Of a DNA stretch of 64,000 bases, positions 35,441 to 47,645 are shown in pieces; within the stretch, counting starts at the first letter, position 1; every line of letters starts with the position of its first letter. A program made the translations under genes and the position numbers. A model generated the notes under the pieces. It saw only the letters and a list, made by a program, of their open reading frames with translations, ran no database searches and was not told where the DNA came from. Where the stretch lies: positions 42,844,001-42,908,000 of the forward strand of contig NC_045697.1 of NCBI RefSeq assembly GCF_009834535.1. The letters run 5' to 3'. Source of the stretch: Camelus ferus (lineage: Eukaryota).

Positions 35441-37796
35441 ATTTTTCTTAAGGATGAGGAAAATCAGACTGTGAGTGCTCGAACTTAGGCTTCTGATTCC
35501 TAATAAAGCACTTTTCCTACTCCCTGTATTCCAGAAATTTTATAAATACAAGTTATTTTAAAAACTCTGGTATCACACATTGCTTCTATTTCTAGAGTTG
35601 ATTTGCATCCAAAATGTAGGAATACGTTTTGAATTTTTTTCCAAAATATTTTAAACCTCTCTGTACCTGCCTATATATCCCTTCATAATCCAATTTGCAG
35701 ATAGGCAGGGATGCCATCCTTCTAGTAAGTCTTTGGGATCCATTGCCTGTAACAGGATCCTTTTGAATAATAAATAATTGTGAAGGAATTCTGTTGAGAG
35801 TTCTTATGGAATGAACCACCCCTTGTTATGGGCCTTAGAATGCCAAGGAAATGACTGCTGGGCAGGACGATTTGGGCTGTAATAAATCAGCCTAATGTAA
35901 ACTATGTCAAATTAAAATTGAGTGCCTAAATGGGCTGAGATCACAAGGGTGCTGCCTTCTCCAAGTGCAGAGACTGCAGACGGCTAGCAGGTAGCCACCT
36001 CCTGGAAAGTAGTCAGTCCTCTGGAAACCAAACCTTGGCAGCTGGTTAAAATAGTTCCCTTTGTGCCCTCCTTCAGAATGCTGGGCTTCTTCACTGGCTT
36101 CCTACTTCTCCCCACCTAGTCTGGTTTGTATCTGCCTTTAGGTTGGCCTTTCTCACCTACCTGGCTATTGGTCAGCTCTTAGGCCCATAGAATATACGAA
36201 TAAAAAGGTGCCACAGAAATGACCTAAATTAGCACTCCCCGTCACCCATCAGTTAGCTGAAGATGAGAAAAATTAGGTCTGCCAAGGTGACATGACCAGA
36301 TGACCTAAACCTATACGACTCTGGGACTCCTAATCCCAATCCAGGCCATTGCAATCCAAGAGGACTTAAGGACCATGGCTGATTATAAGACATGACATTT
36401 GTTCTTTCATGGTCTGGACAATTTCATTTGTTTTCGGCTTGGACTCCTGAGGTGGGATTCTCAAATGTGGCTTAGGGAACTCTGAATCTCTCTGTTCTTA
36501 TCTTGGTAGGGGTTAGTATCCTATATCACTAATTTCAGTACATGGTCTCCATGTGTGTAGGTCTAACTTTCCCACGGGGCTGAGTGAGGGGCTTCTGGTT
36601 CCTTCCTTGGCCTGATCCTGTGCCATTTGCCTCCATTCTCGGTTTTGTTTTTTCCCACCTGATTGAGGCGTGTGCAGTCAAGTACTACTAAAGTGGGTCC
36701 AAGGAATTGTATATAAACTCTGATGCAAAGAATCCAAATATTTGGAACAATTAGAGGGAAATTTGAGAAAAGCTCATATTTTTAGGCAGAACCCACAGTG
36801 GAAACTATGAAGCAACATCTCTATTCCTCCCCTCTTTATCTGTGTAAAAGAGCAAAAAATAAGCACTTAGTAAATGCTAAAATATATTTTCGTATCATCT
36901 ACTCCCTTGCTAACATCTTACCCATTTCTCCTTGAGTCCTTGACTGCATGCTTTCCGTCTACTTATAATATTCTTTTCTAGAACCAGAATTTGCTTTCTC
37001 ATTTTCTTTATGCAAATCTTGCTTTCATTTAAGACCCACTTTAAGTGGCCCACCTTTTTGTCACACAGCTTTCTCTTCCAAGAGCCTCCTTTCAGTAACA
37101 CTGCACAATTCTGAATTTCTGCAACATTTAGTTTATGCTTTGCAAACACAAGCTCTACTAAATACTGCCTAATTATCTATAAACATATATTGTACTTAGT
37201 TTCTCCAAAGACAAAGAAGCTCCTATGGGCAAGAGCTGTGATTTTATATCTGCAAAACTTCCATGATATAACTAGCATAAAGATGAGAGTTACTAAATGC
37301 CAAATACTTTCATTTACCTAAATTGTGATCTGGGGTTGAAGATTAAATGTGGTTGCATCCATTTTATATAGGAGCACATATTTTCATTATCAGTCACACT
37401 GCAAGATCAGGACCAAAAAGAAAATGCATGTGAGGTAGTGTTGATTGGTGGATATTAGGCACTAATTGTGTACCAGGTACTGCGCTGGGTACTAAGGATG
37501 CAAAGATAAATACAGCATGGTCCTGCTCTCAAGAAGTAAGCCAATAGGTTCACTAGTGAAGTAGTAGGATCTCCTAGGCACAGAACAGCAAAAACCAAGA
37601 TACAGAGAGAGAGCTGAGCAGCGTGTGCGTGTGTGCATGTGTGCGCACGCATGTGTGTTTAAGACTGATAGCATCTCAGAGGAAAGAGTGGGCCGTATGG
37701 AGGCAACTGAAAGTTTAACAATAAATTGAACTACTCCCCGGTCCCCCGAAAAAAATTTAAAAATTAACAATAAATTGAAATAACCTACTAGTGGTA

Positions 37797-37990
37797 CTTA
37801 ATAGAACTTTCAGCAATAATGGGAAAGCTCTATATATGTGCTATCCAATGTGGTAACCAGTAGCCACATATGGCTACCGAGCATTTGGAATGTGGCTGTG
37901 TGACTGAGGAACTATATTTTTATTTCATTTTAAATTAATTTAAATTTAGACAGCCACACATGGCTAGTGGTTACCATACTGCAAGGCTCA
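37797..37990. mobile_element. MER3-like hAT-Charlie element
   Basis: AATAGAACTTTC..TAGCCACATATGGCTA..AGCCACACATGGCTAGTGG palindromic motifs. Confidence 0.8.
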
Positions 37991-38287
37991 AGTCTAGACA
38001 GCCACACCAGATGCAATGGAGTTTTCTGGGTATATGCAGAATTATACCATTTATTCCATTTATCTATATGCTCCAATGAATCTAGGAGATGATAAAGATG
38101 TGCTGTGGTGAATGACTTTGACTTTTCACATCTCCTTTTGGCCCCTCAGTTTCTTCATTATTAAAATGACAGTAATAATGTCCTTCTCATGGGTTCTGAG
38201 GAAGATTAAATGAGATACTACATGTGAAAATGCTTTGCAAACTTGATATATGTGAAAACACCTTCCAAACTGTCTAAATTTCTTAAA

Positions 38288-39117
38288 CAATGATTCTCAA
38301 TGGGGACATTTGGCAAATCTGTGAGTGCTTTTCCCTTGTCAGATTGTTAGGGGCAATGCTGGCTGTTAATGCGCAGGGTCCAGGGAGGCTAGATGTCCTA
38401 CAACGCCTGGGACATTTGTGCAAAAAGTAAAAATTTCAAGTCTCCCAATGGACATTTATGTAGATGAAAAACCTACTTATTACTATTGAGCACAGAATGT
38501 ACTCTGTTTTATACACGAAGTATTTTTATACGGTTTTGATAAACAATTATCCAGGAAAGTAACTTCCATGTAAATTAAAGGAAAAACATACTTTCTTTCA
38601 TTTAAGAGTTATTTACCATTTCTGAAAATCAGCACACAAATGTCAATGTCACTAATAGTATTTAAAACTCTTGAGGGGAGGGTATAGCTCAAAGTGGTAT
38701 AGTGCATGCTTAGCATGCACAAGGTCCTGGGTTCAATCCCCAGTACCTCCTCTAAAAATAAATAAGTAAATAAGCCTTATTACAGCCCCCCCAAAGAAAT
38801 TAAAAAAAAAAATTAAAACTCTTTAATCAGCTTATATTTGCAGTGTTTGCATTTATCATGAATATATATATATGTCTGATTTTCTTCAGTGTAGGTAGTT
38901 CCTATTCATTTACATATTGAATTACATGTTATATTATTATAAATTATTTTCCATTTATTTTTCCTTTATGTTATAGTTCAGGCTGCATATTGATTTTTTA
39001 GGAAATCATGTGTATAGCTAGATATGAATAGCATTTCAGGGTAGTAAAAGAGCCATTCTCAACTATTTGCTGTAAAAAGGTAGTTAGTTCTAGTCTGAAC
39101 AGGGTTGCGAACCACTG
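38288..39117. mobile_element. MER20B-like hAT-Charlie element containing a SINE
   Basis: TIR-like ends CAATGATTCTCAA / TTGCGAACCACTG, GGGGACATTTGGCAA motif, flanks TCTTAAAC/TTTTAAAC. Confidence 0.7.
38673..38812 (+). mobile_element. Camelid tRNA-derived SINE (Vic-1-like)
   Basis: GGGGAGGGTATAGCTCAAAGTGGTA..GCATGCTTAGCATGCAC..GGGTTCAATCCCCAGTACCTCC; TSD TTAAAACTCTT at 38662-38672 and 38813-38823. Confidence 0.9.
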
Positions 39118-40654
39118 TTTTAAACCAATGTGGTCCTTGTTGTCCCTGTTTGCTGTAGTCTCTTTACCCTATCAAAGAACTTTCCATTTATGTGAAAAAC
39201 ACAAATCATCCCTTCTTATAGAACACTAGTGCTCTCCTTCCCAAGGTGGGGCAATATTTCTGTGGTGAAAGGGAGAAACAGCTGGTCACCCAACCTAGAC
39301 GGTCTAAGAGGGGCACAGATCTCCCTTTAATATTCTGGCCAAATATAGACAGTGGATTCGTACTTTCCAGCAGCAATTCCTAGACTGTGATAGAACATTT
39401 AAACAAAGCCTTACTAATAGCACAGGGAAAATAAAGCAAAAAAAGTGAGTATCATGAAACTAGATAAGCTACTTATACAATCTACTTGTCATCAATTTGG
39501 GGTTCCCTGCAGGATTTTCTTCTGCCTGGGATCAAGTTTGGCTTCCAAGCAGTTGTGCTTATATTTAACATCTACTTTAAAAGCACCTTGGACAGCTTGA
39601 AATCCAAACCAAAACAAGGGACACTCTGAGTGAGATACATATTTTCTCTTTTCTAATATATTTAAGACCTGCCTTCAAGTATCTGCTTCTTTCCCAAGGA
39701 CCTACTCTTCCATTGGTGATTAAGACCAAGAAGGTCTACTTCATTTGAGTAAACTTCACCTCTGTATACACAGGCCTACAACCACTGCAAGATTGCCTTT
39801 ACAAGTCAACTCTAGGAAAGATAAAACACTAAGTCTAGAGAGTCGCTTGTTAGCATGACAAAGTGCCAGTTTAAAACAGAGAGTAATTAATTTACCCAAG
39901 ATTACAGCTAGGAGAGAGTAGAGCTTGAATCAGATAGGGTTGTTGAATCCAGGCTGATAAACAGCACATTCATTCTATCACTTCTGGCTGGTTGATAGCT
40001 GTGCCCTGTAGATTGTAAATAGCTTTAGTATCACTTCTATTTAAGTATTATTCCATAATACCTAAAGTATACCAGGTAACTGGAGATTTTCTCTATGGCC
40101 AATGGATAACCCACATCCTTGGCAATTTTGCAGGGTAAAATGGCCAGGATGACTGGTTTATTTTGAGGCTACCTGGTCCATTAAGAGCTTTTTAGAGCTA
40201 TAATCTGGACCATCTGTGAAGCAAATCTATAATTAACTACTCCGCTGGATTCAGGGAACAAAATTGTGAAGCTGAAGTTTGTGTATGCTAAAATTAAAAA
40301 TTTTAAAGTTAAAAAGTAGCCTAAAACTGCTCTATTTATTTTTGAAATAAGGTCTAAAATTAAAAAAAAATTTTTAAGTAACTAAAATTAAAATTATTCT
40401 GAAACTTAAAGATTTGCCTTGTGTGTAAACCAAGGCCTAATATTATTTTTAGGAATTAAAATTTTATTTGAGTAACTTAAAAAAGAATTCAACAAGCTCC
40501 ATTATCCTTTTGAATGTTTTTCTTATCTAAGAAAATGTGAATTGTGTTTTTTTTTTCTGTAATGGAATGTGTAAAAGATTTACTTAATATTTACTTACCA
40601 ATTTATAATATTCAGGTTGCTTCCCTATGCATTAAATTTTTTCTTTTAGTTATC

Positions 40655-40890
40655 AGAGATGCAGTTTAACATAGTGGTTAAAAGTATGGACTCTGAAGCC
40701 AAACTATCTAGGGTTTTAAATCTCAGCTTCCCCAATTAGTAGCTGTATAATCTTAAGCAAGTTACTTAACTTTTCTATGCTTTAATTTCATCGTCCTTAT
40801 AATTTCATCATCCTCATTCAGAGATGCAGAATTGTTGTTCAATAAACTCAGAATGGTAAACACTCAGTGTTAGCTATTGTTAATGTTACT
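40655..40890 (+). mobile_element. MIR SINE
   Basis: CATAGTGGTTAAAAGTATGGACTCTGAAGCC..GCAAGTTACTTAAC. Confidence 0.8.
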
Positions 40891-43550
40891 CTGTCATAAC
40901 ATTCTGAGAACTAGTGGTGAAGTGTCTGAGGATCTGAAGGGGTTAATAATAGGTGGGGAGAACCAGGGAAGGAACCTGGACGTTGGGGCACTTGGCCTCC
41001 CTGGAGGGTTATGTTCTGTGGGAGTAAGCTGCACCCAGGCCTTCTGATAGTGTGCAGGGATCTTCGCCCTTCACAGGAGACTAAGTCTGGGAGATTGCAG
41101 AACTTATCTGTACCTCCTTCAAAAGTGAATAAATCAGGTTATAAAAATAGGCTTAAGGATACACTATTATATAACCAATATGATCTCAACCAATAAAACA
41201 AAACACAGAATAAAGACTGGAGAAAAGATAGCAAGCAAATATGGCAAAGTAACAGAAGCGTCTGTCCCCTGAAGGTGGGATTATGGGTGACTCTTTGTGT
41301 TTATAATTCTACTTTACAAATGTTCTGTATTAAGCATAGTATTGTTTTGATAACTGGGAAAGAAAAGTAAAAAACTAAAATAATTCCAATAAAAATTGAA
41401 ATGTTTTGTCCCAGTTGAGTCAAATGGAGTGCAACAAAGGGTAGGTGAGGAAGAAAGATTAAAATCTAAATGTTCATTGCGGAGGGCTTTCGCTATCTGA
41501 ATTAAAGCAAGAACTACCAGACCCACACACTTCAGTTTATGAATTTGGTATTTCGGATGAAAATTGAGCAAATGTTAATCAGCGAGCACAGCAGTTGTGC
41601 AAAGGCAGATCGACCACCAAGAAAATAAATCTTTTACTTTTAACACAATCCGGCAGGCTTGTCTTTTCTAGACAGAATGAATTGCTAAGTTTTTTCCACA
41701 AGAGGGCGATAACTGCTCACGGTTTCTTCAAAAGGGACTGACCGACCCAGGCACTGTAAGCAAAGCAGCGAAGCAAATAAAACAACTTTTTTCTTACCAC
41801 GGAATAAGGAGCTAGCTGCACACGTAAGGAGGCTGGAAGGGCCAATGCTGACACCCTTAGGCACACCCAAGTCAGAAGCAACAGCTTTCTTGCTTGCTTC
41901 ATTCATTCATTCATTTTTCAGTTTTATTAGGTAAAATTATTACAGTTTGACTGCATATAGAAACAATAGCTTTTAGCAGGCAGAGAGAGAAACTAGTTCA
42001 CAGGTTCATTTAAAATTACTTAAATTATGTTCAATGGACATTATTTATACAGGTATAAATTTTTCATGGCTGTTCACATTAGATACTGTTTAATCTGGTG
42101 GTGAAACTGAACCAGCACTTTATTCTGCAAGGAAATTGTAGAAACTCACAGACATTCCTTCAAGCACACTATTCCATACCAGGATCCCAGTTTCCAGAAC
42201 ATGTCAAAGCAAGCGGGTTCCCTGGAAGTAAATGCATCTCTGCAGAAAATGCTTGGGGGCGTGGTGGTGGTGGGGATTATACACCATACATGTGCTTTGC
42301 TGAAGTTCAAGACTAGTTTTCTCTCTAGTAGGTCATTGGTGTTTTCTTGCATTTATGCTCATTCCTGAATCAGGTTTTGACATTGCAGTAATACTGGGCT
42401 TCAGTATTCTCCATCTTCTTGGACCTTTCAGAACCCTGTCTTCAGAGTGCACGTGTATCCCAGGAGAGTTCAGTATGTATTCTGCAGTTGTGTACAGGAG
42501 TGCCATTCTGCCACTTTGAAGATCGCTGAGGCGGATCCTGGCTTGAGGTTCGAGGTCTTTTTGGTAGTAGATCCGACGAGGCTGTCTACACGGGTGCGTG
42601 GCTTCCCTCCAGTGCTTTGCGTTGGCCTCGGTTGCAAGAGCAGGATCCCACAGTGCTCGTCTCCACCCAGCATTTGATGGCCCCTCTCTACCCCAATCCT
42701 TCCCAAGTAGTGTCGTTAATTCCTGGTCAGCAGAAGAGGCCAAGGGTCCAGTTCCCACCCCACCGCGTTTACAAGACACGCAAAGAGGTGCAGACAGCCA
42801 TGCTCTCTCTCCTCCCCTGCTCTCCTCTGAGACTGGGTTGTTCCAAGACCGTGGACAGTCTTCTTTCTCCCTGACTTTCTACTTAGCCGCCGGCTCGACC
42901 CCTCGTTTAACAGGACCGTAAACCAAGCCCGCCTCCGGGTTCAGCCCAAACAGGCCCCGCTCGTCCGCGGAAGTGGAGTTACTAAAGAAGTCATCCAGAC
43001 AATTCAAGCAAACACATTTTCGAGTGGGTTTCGGTCTGAAACACATACAAAATCCCTTCATCCTCCCCCCCTCCTCTTGCAAGTATAGGATTGGCTTTCT
43101 GTGGCCACACTCGAGTATCCCATCTGACATTAATATATTTGGGGAAGAATAGTTATCATTCATGCCCGACAGACTGCTGAATTTAAGTACACTTAACTGA
43201 GATTTCATTTGCATTTCTCCTATGAATTACTCTGAATTCAGTGACTGCTCCTTCAATTTAAAAAAGAAGTATCAAAACGCGGTAGGCGTTTCTGAGTCAA
43301 GGGTTAGACTGAGAGTAGGGTGATCAAGTGCGTGGCGCAGACCGAGTAACAGTAGGAGAAGGCTGAAAACAGTAACTTGAAAACTGGGGCCCTTATTCGT
43401 AGGCTTAAAGAAAATCTAGGGGTGGAGGAGGTGCGTTGTCTTCCTCACCCCTACCTAGCCCTTTTTGCAACCCCAAGATTTTGCCACACGGCTTTCATTT
43501 ATTTTTCAATTAAAATGCAAATCATTCGCTTTCAACCACAGCCCCCATCT

Positions 43551-43560
43551 CTTTCTCTCC

Positions 43561-43595
<35 letters not shown>

Positions 43596-43645
43596 CACAC
43601 ACATATATGTATTTATGTATTTGTGTGTATATGTATATACACACA
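43551..43645. repeat. Compound (CT)n(CA)n(TA/TG) microsatellite
   Basis: Directly visible dinucleotide runs. Confidence 0.9.
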
Positions 43646-46239
43646 GACTGTTTAGAGATGCGAGGGGTGTGTCGCAACCACGTGTTACACGTTCCATTCC
43701 TACCGGTTGCTTAGAAATGCCGGACTTTACTAGGTCGTAGACAGAATGGGGCACGGGTCCTGGGGGTTCCCGAGGGAAAGAAGTGAGGGAGAGAAGTCCT
43801 GGCTCTCTAGGGCGTGTGTATGCGGTATGTAAGATAGCCCGGACCAGAAACCCGCCTCCCTCATTCGCAACGGGATCTGCACATCCAGGACTCCGTTCTG
43901 AAGGTGGTTTTAGCTCGGCGGGGCAGAGTAATCTCTCCCCGCGAGTGACAGGGGCAGCCCATCCCCTTCGAGGACGCCCCTTGCTCTCCCGGCTCCCAGC
44001 TGGAGACAGACGGAGCAGATCGATGACGGCCAGCACCATGCAGGAAGCACCGGCCTTCCTTCAGCTCCTGGTAGTGTGCATCTGGAATATATCCTGCCCC
44101 ACGCGGGATTCAGGCACCCAGGGTTCACCCCCGGGAATCGAGGTACATAGACCCCAGAATTTTTAAAACTGTTACATTTAAGAACAATGCTGCTATTTTA
44201 ATTCTGCAATGTGAATGATAAGTAAAAGCAAAAGCTAGAGACTTCTTATTCGAAGTCTTTGCAACTATTTGCCAATGTCAGTTAACACGGAATTCGGTTG
44301 AGTTGAATCAGTCTCTCCCGGTGTCTGTCTGTCTGACTGTCTCTCTGATGTTGCTCTGTCTCTCTCCCCTACCCACTCCATATCAGATACTAAATTTAAA
44401 ATAGAAAAACGGTCAAGTCTTTCCCAGGTTATACACTATTTACATGAAATAAAGTGGGGGGGGTCGCTTTTTGAAATTGGAATCTTTGGAGATGGCTGAC
44501 CTCTTTTCCTTCATATTCCTACCTAGTCCTTGAGAATGCGGTGTGAGGAATACCAGGGATGTGAGGAAGTCGCTATTGGCCGACGCGCTGGGTCCAGGCG
44601 AAAGGTTGTGTGCCATCACCGGGTTGGAGTCCCCCGAGGAAAGAAAAAGTTTCGTTTTTAACGAATTGAGAAGCAGAGGGCCCCAAAACTCAGGCCAGGT
44701 CCGGGCTACACGCGCCACCCTCCTGCCCCAGTCTCCCGGCTGAAGTGCAGGGCGCTGCGGTTTAGACCTACAGATCAGAAGAGCATCCTCGAGGGAAAAT
44801 TCAGTGGGCCCCCACATCAGCTCTCTTCTTGCCTTACTCAGCATAATTCACATTGAGGAAGGGCTTCACCTTCCCCCAGGTCAGATTCTAAAGTCTATGA
44901 AGTGGTGGGTTAAGCCCAGTCTCGAAGTTAATGACAAAAGGTGGAGCAAGAAGGGGTCCAAATAAGAACGTTACTTTTATCTCAAAACTGAATAAAAGTG
45001 GTAAAAGAAACAGACAAAGAAACAAGAACTCCCTCAAACTCAGGCTCAAGTTGCTACTCTTAAAAGATCAGTACTTTGGAAACAAAGATTATCAAAACGG
45101 AATAAGCCCTCTTGCTTTTTGGTGCTTGGGCGTGTGAGTGCTTTGGCACTCATAGCTACTCTATCCATGGGTGGTGCCCCTCAAATTTTATTCTTGAGCT
45201 ATTTACTTCTATTTCCTGCGAATTAAGTTTGGACTTAATGATCTCATCCAAGTTGCTCTAGTGACCACCACTTAGTGGTGTGTTACTTTAACATCTTGGC
45301 ATCTCAAAATTTGGCAAAGGTCTTCCTTCCCGAGAACACAGCTCAACTCTGCCGAGAATTTAATGACCGCCAGGGATGGGAGAAATTGAAAGGGAATAAG
45401 GGAAACCACCTTTCAGTTCCTTAACCCTAGACATACTAACACCACAGCCAAAAACTGGAGCATCTCCATCTCCCTAAAAGACCCTGGACGGCAGGGGCCA
45501 GAGTTTCGGAGACCGTTTTCAAAAACTTACAGTTGAGTGAGGGTACCCAGATAGTTTTGTATTTAAAGACTCCACCTCAATTCTGGTGACTCTGCCCCAG
45601 TAAAATTCAAAACAATAATCATAGGGGGAGAATAATTTCTTTTTTTTAAAGTCACTTCTTCAGATCTAAATATCACATGAGAAATAAATGTTCCTAATTA
45701 GCTGGTTTCGTTCCCTAAGAATTGGATAAACCTATAAATGATAACATGGTGGGGGGAACTCAGGAATAAAAAGAAAGTGAAGGAGAAAGCAGAGAAGGAA
45801 AGCGGGAGATTGTAAAGATGGAAAAGAGCGATCCTTCGGTCTACAAAGGGATTAAGGACATCTATAAGGCTTAAGGAGCAACAAATTAATTTACACAATT
45901 CTGGGAGAGCCCAGATGGCCTTTAATTAATCCTTTCAAAAGAAGGAGCTAGGCCAGGGCTGCGCCGGCTGCCTGCTCCATTAGCTCCATTTTACAAGAGA
46001 CCAGACTCTGTCCGAGGTGAGGCGTCGTGAGCTCGTGGGGGAGGGGGGCAGGGTAACGGAGCGGGCGAGGGGTTGGCGAGGGAAGAATATGAACTGCTTT
46101 TCCATAAAAGGGCTGGGTTTTCATTATTCTTCTCTTTAAAAAGTAATACCCTCTTCGCCTCTGCTCCCCCCTCCCCTTTCTCATTTTATTTAACACAATT
46201 AATTGAGGCGTTCACTGGCTCAGCCGCGGAACCGCACCA

Positions 46240-46620
46240 CTCGCCAGGCCCCGCCCCCTGGCCCCACCCACAGAAGGGATGGAAGTGGGAGGGGGCGGGG
46301 ACCAGGCGGGCGCGGCTCTACGGCTCGCCCTCGTCAGCCAATCAGAGAGGGCGGCGCTCTCGAGTGGGCGTGACCTGGAGGCGACGCGAGTCCCAAGGCT
46401 GAGCGCTATTGGAGACAGTGGTTACGCCCCCGGCCTGCACCCGGCTCCTCGACCCCGCCCTTCCCGGCCGCCTTGGAGTGACGTCCTTCAAAGTTCTCAT
46501 TTTGGACCCCCACTTCCCCCTCCCTTTCGTCCCCCAGCTAAAGAGGGGTAGGGAGTGATGCAAATGTTTTATTACCTTTGAGAGCTTCATCTGAACTGTC
46601 AGGTCCGGAGGGAGAAAGGA
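46240..46620 (+). promoter_or_regulatory. NKX6-1 proximal promoter (GC boxes, two CCAAT boxes, no recognised TATA box)
   Basis: GGGGCGGGG 46292-46300, CCAAT 46338-46342, ATTGG 46408-46412, CRE-like TGACGTCC 46479-46486, octamer ATGCAAAT 46558-46565, all inside the CpG island ~1.1-1.4 kb before the ATG. The exact TSS cannot be read from sequence. Confidence 0.65.
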
Positions 46621-47645
46621 GAGGAGAGAGAGGGAGTGGAAGAGCTGCGAAGAGGGTCAGCTTGGCCAGAGGACAGGACTTAGAAGAGCGAAGCCTGTAG
46701 AGCCGCAAAGAAAATGCAAGAGAAGGGAGGCAAAGGCGGAGAGTGAGAGGAAGAGAGGGCGCTGGGGGGTGGGGCAGGGGTCGCCAGGCCCGTTTGCAGA
46801 AGTGAACAGACGAGTGGAGCCGCAACCGAAGTCGTCAGACTTTTCACACTTAGTCTTTGTTTTTCTGTGTCTTTTCCCCCCTTTTTCTTTTCAACATTGC
46901 AACTCTAGTGCCCCGTGGCCCAGAGGGGAAGGCAGGTCTGCGCGCCGAATCCGAGAACCGCGGGGATTGGTGGCACTGCCCTTTCTGGCGCAGCAATCTC
47001 TGGCAGCGCAGGCAGAGGAAGCCCGCCCAAGGGCCAGATCCTCCCGCATGCTGGATGCGCCCTCTCCCCGCGCGCTCCCAGCGCCCAGTGCAAATCAATC
47101 TCGTGGCCGAAAGACGAGGGCATACAAATAAGACCGGAGGAGAGCATCGGGCGGAACCTGGCGTCCTTTGAACCTTCCCAAAGAAAGCGAACCAGCCCCC
47201 ACCCTCCCACATCAAAGCGGAGATTCGGTGACTCTTAACTTTGTTACAAACTCTCTGGGGCCGGCCTGGGTTTTGTTTTGCTTATTTCCGGGGGGAGAGA
47301 AGATGAGAAGTAGCGCACTTTGAGCGGCAAGGAAACAGTGAAGCAGAGAGAAGAGACCGAGATTTAATCCAGGACTCTAGAAGAGAAAGGACCGCCGAAC
47401 CCACTCGGACTCTCTCTGGTCTCGGCGAGGAACTGCCTCTCGACTGGTGTGTTTGGACATTACTGCTGCGCAGCTCCGAGAGCAGCTCTCGGCGGCGGCA
47501 TTCTCGGCCCATTTGGCAGGTCGCCTCCGAGTGCGCGGAGCGACTCCTCGCTTGCGCTCTTGGCGCTTCTCGCTTCCCTGAGCCCCGCCGGGGGCACCGG
47601 CCGGCGCCCTCGCTGCGTGGCTGCGGGCTCCGGCCTGGCCGTGGG

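Noticed and set aside
42098..44844. Overlapping 70-177 aa ORFs upstream of the gene, and similar ones at 62729-63830
   Set aside because: Stop-poor GC-rich DNA gives ORFs on both strands. None has a recognisable domain and several cross microsatellites.
45168..45271. GLI sites near the promoter (TGGGTGGTG, GACCACCAC)
   Set aside because: They are imperfect 9-mers expected by chance, with no independent support.
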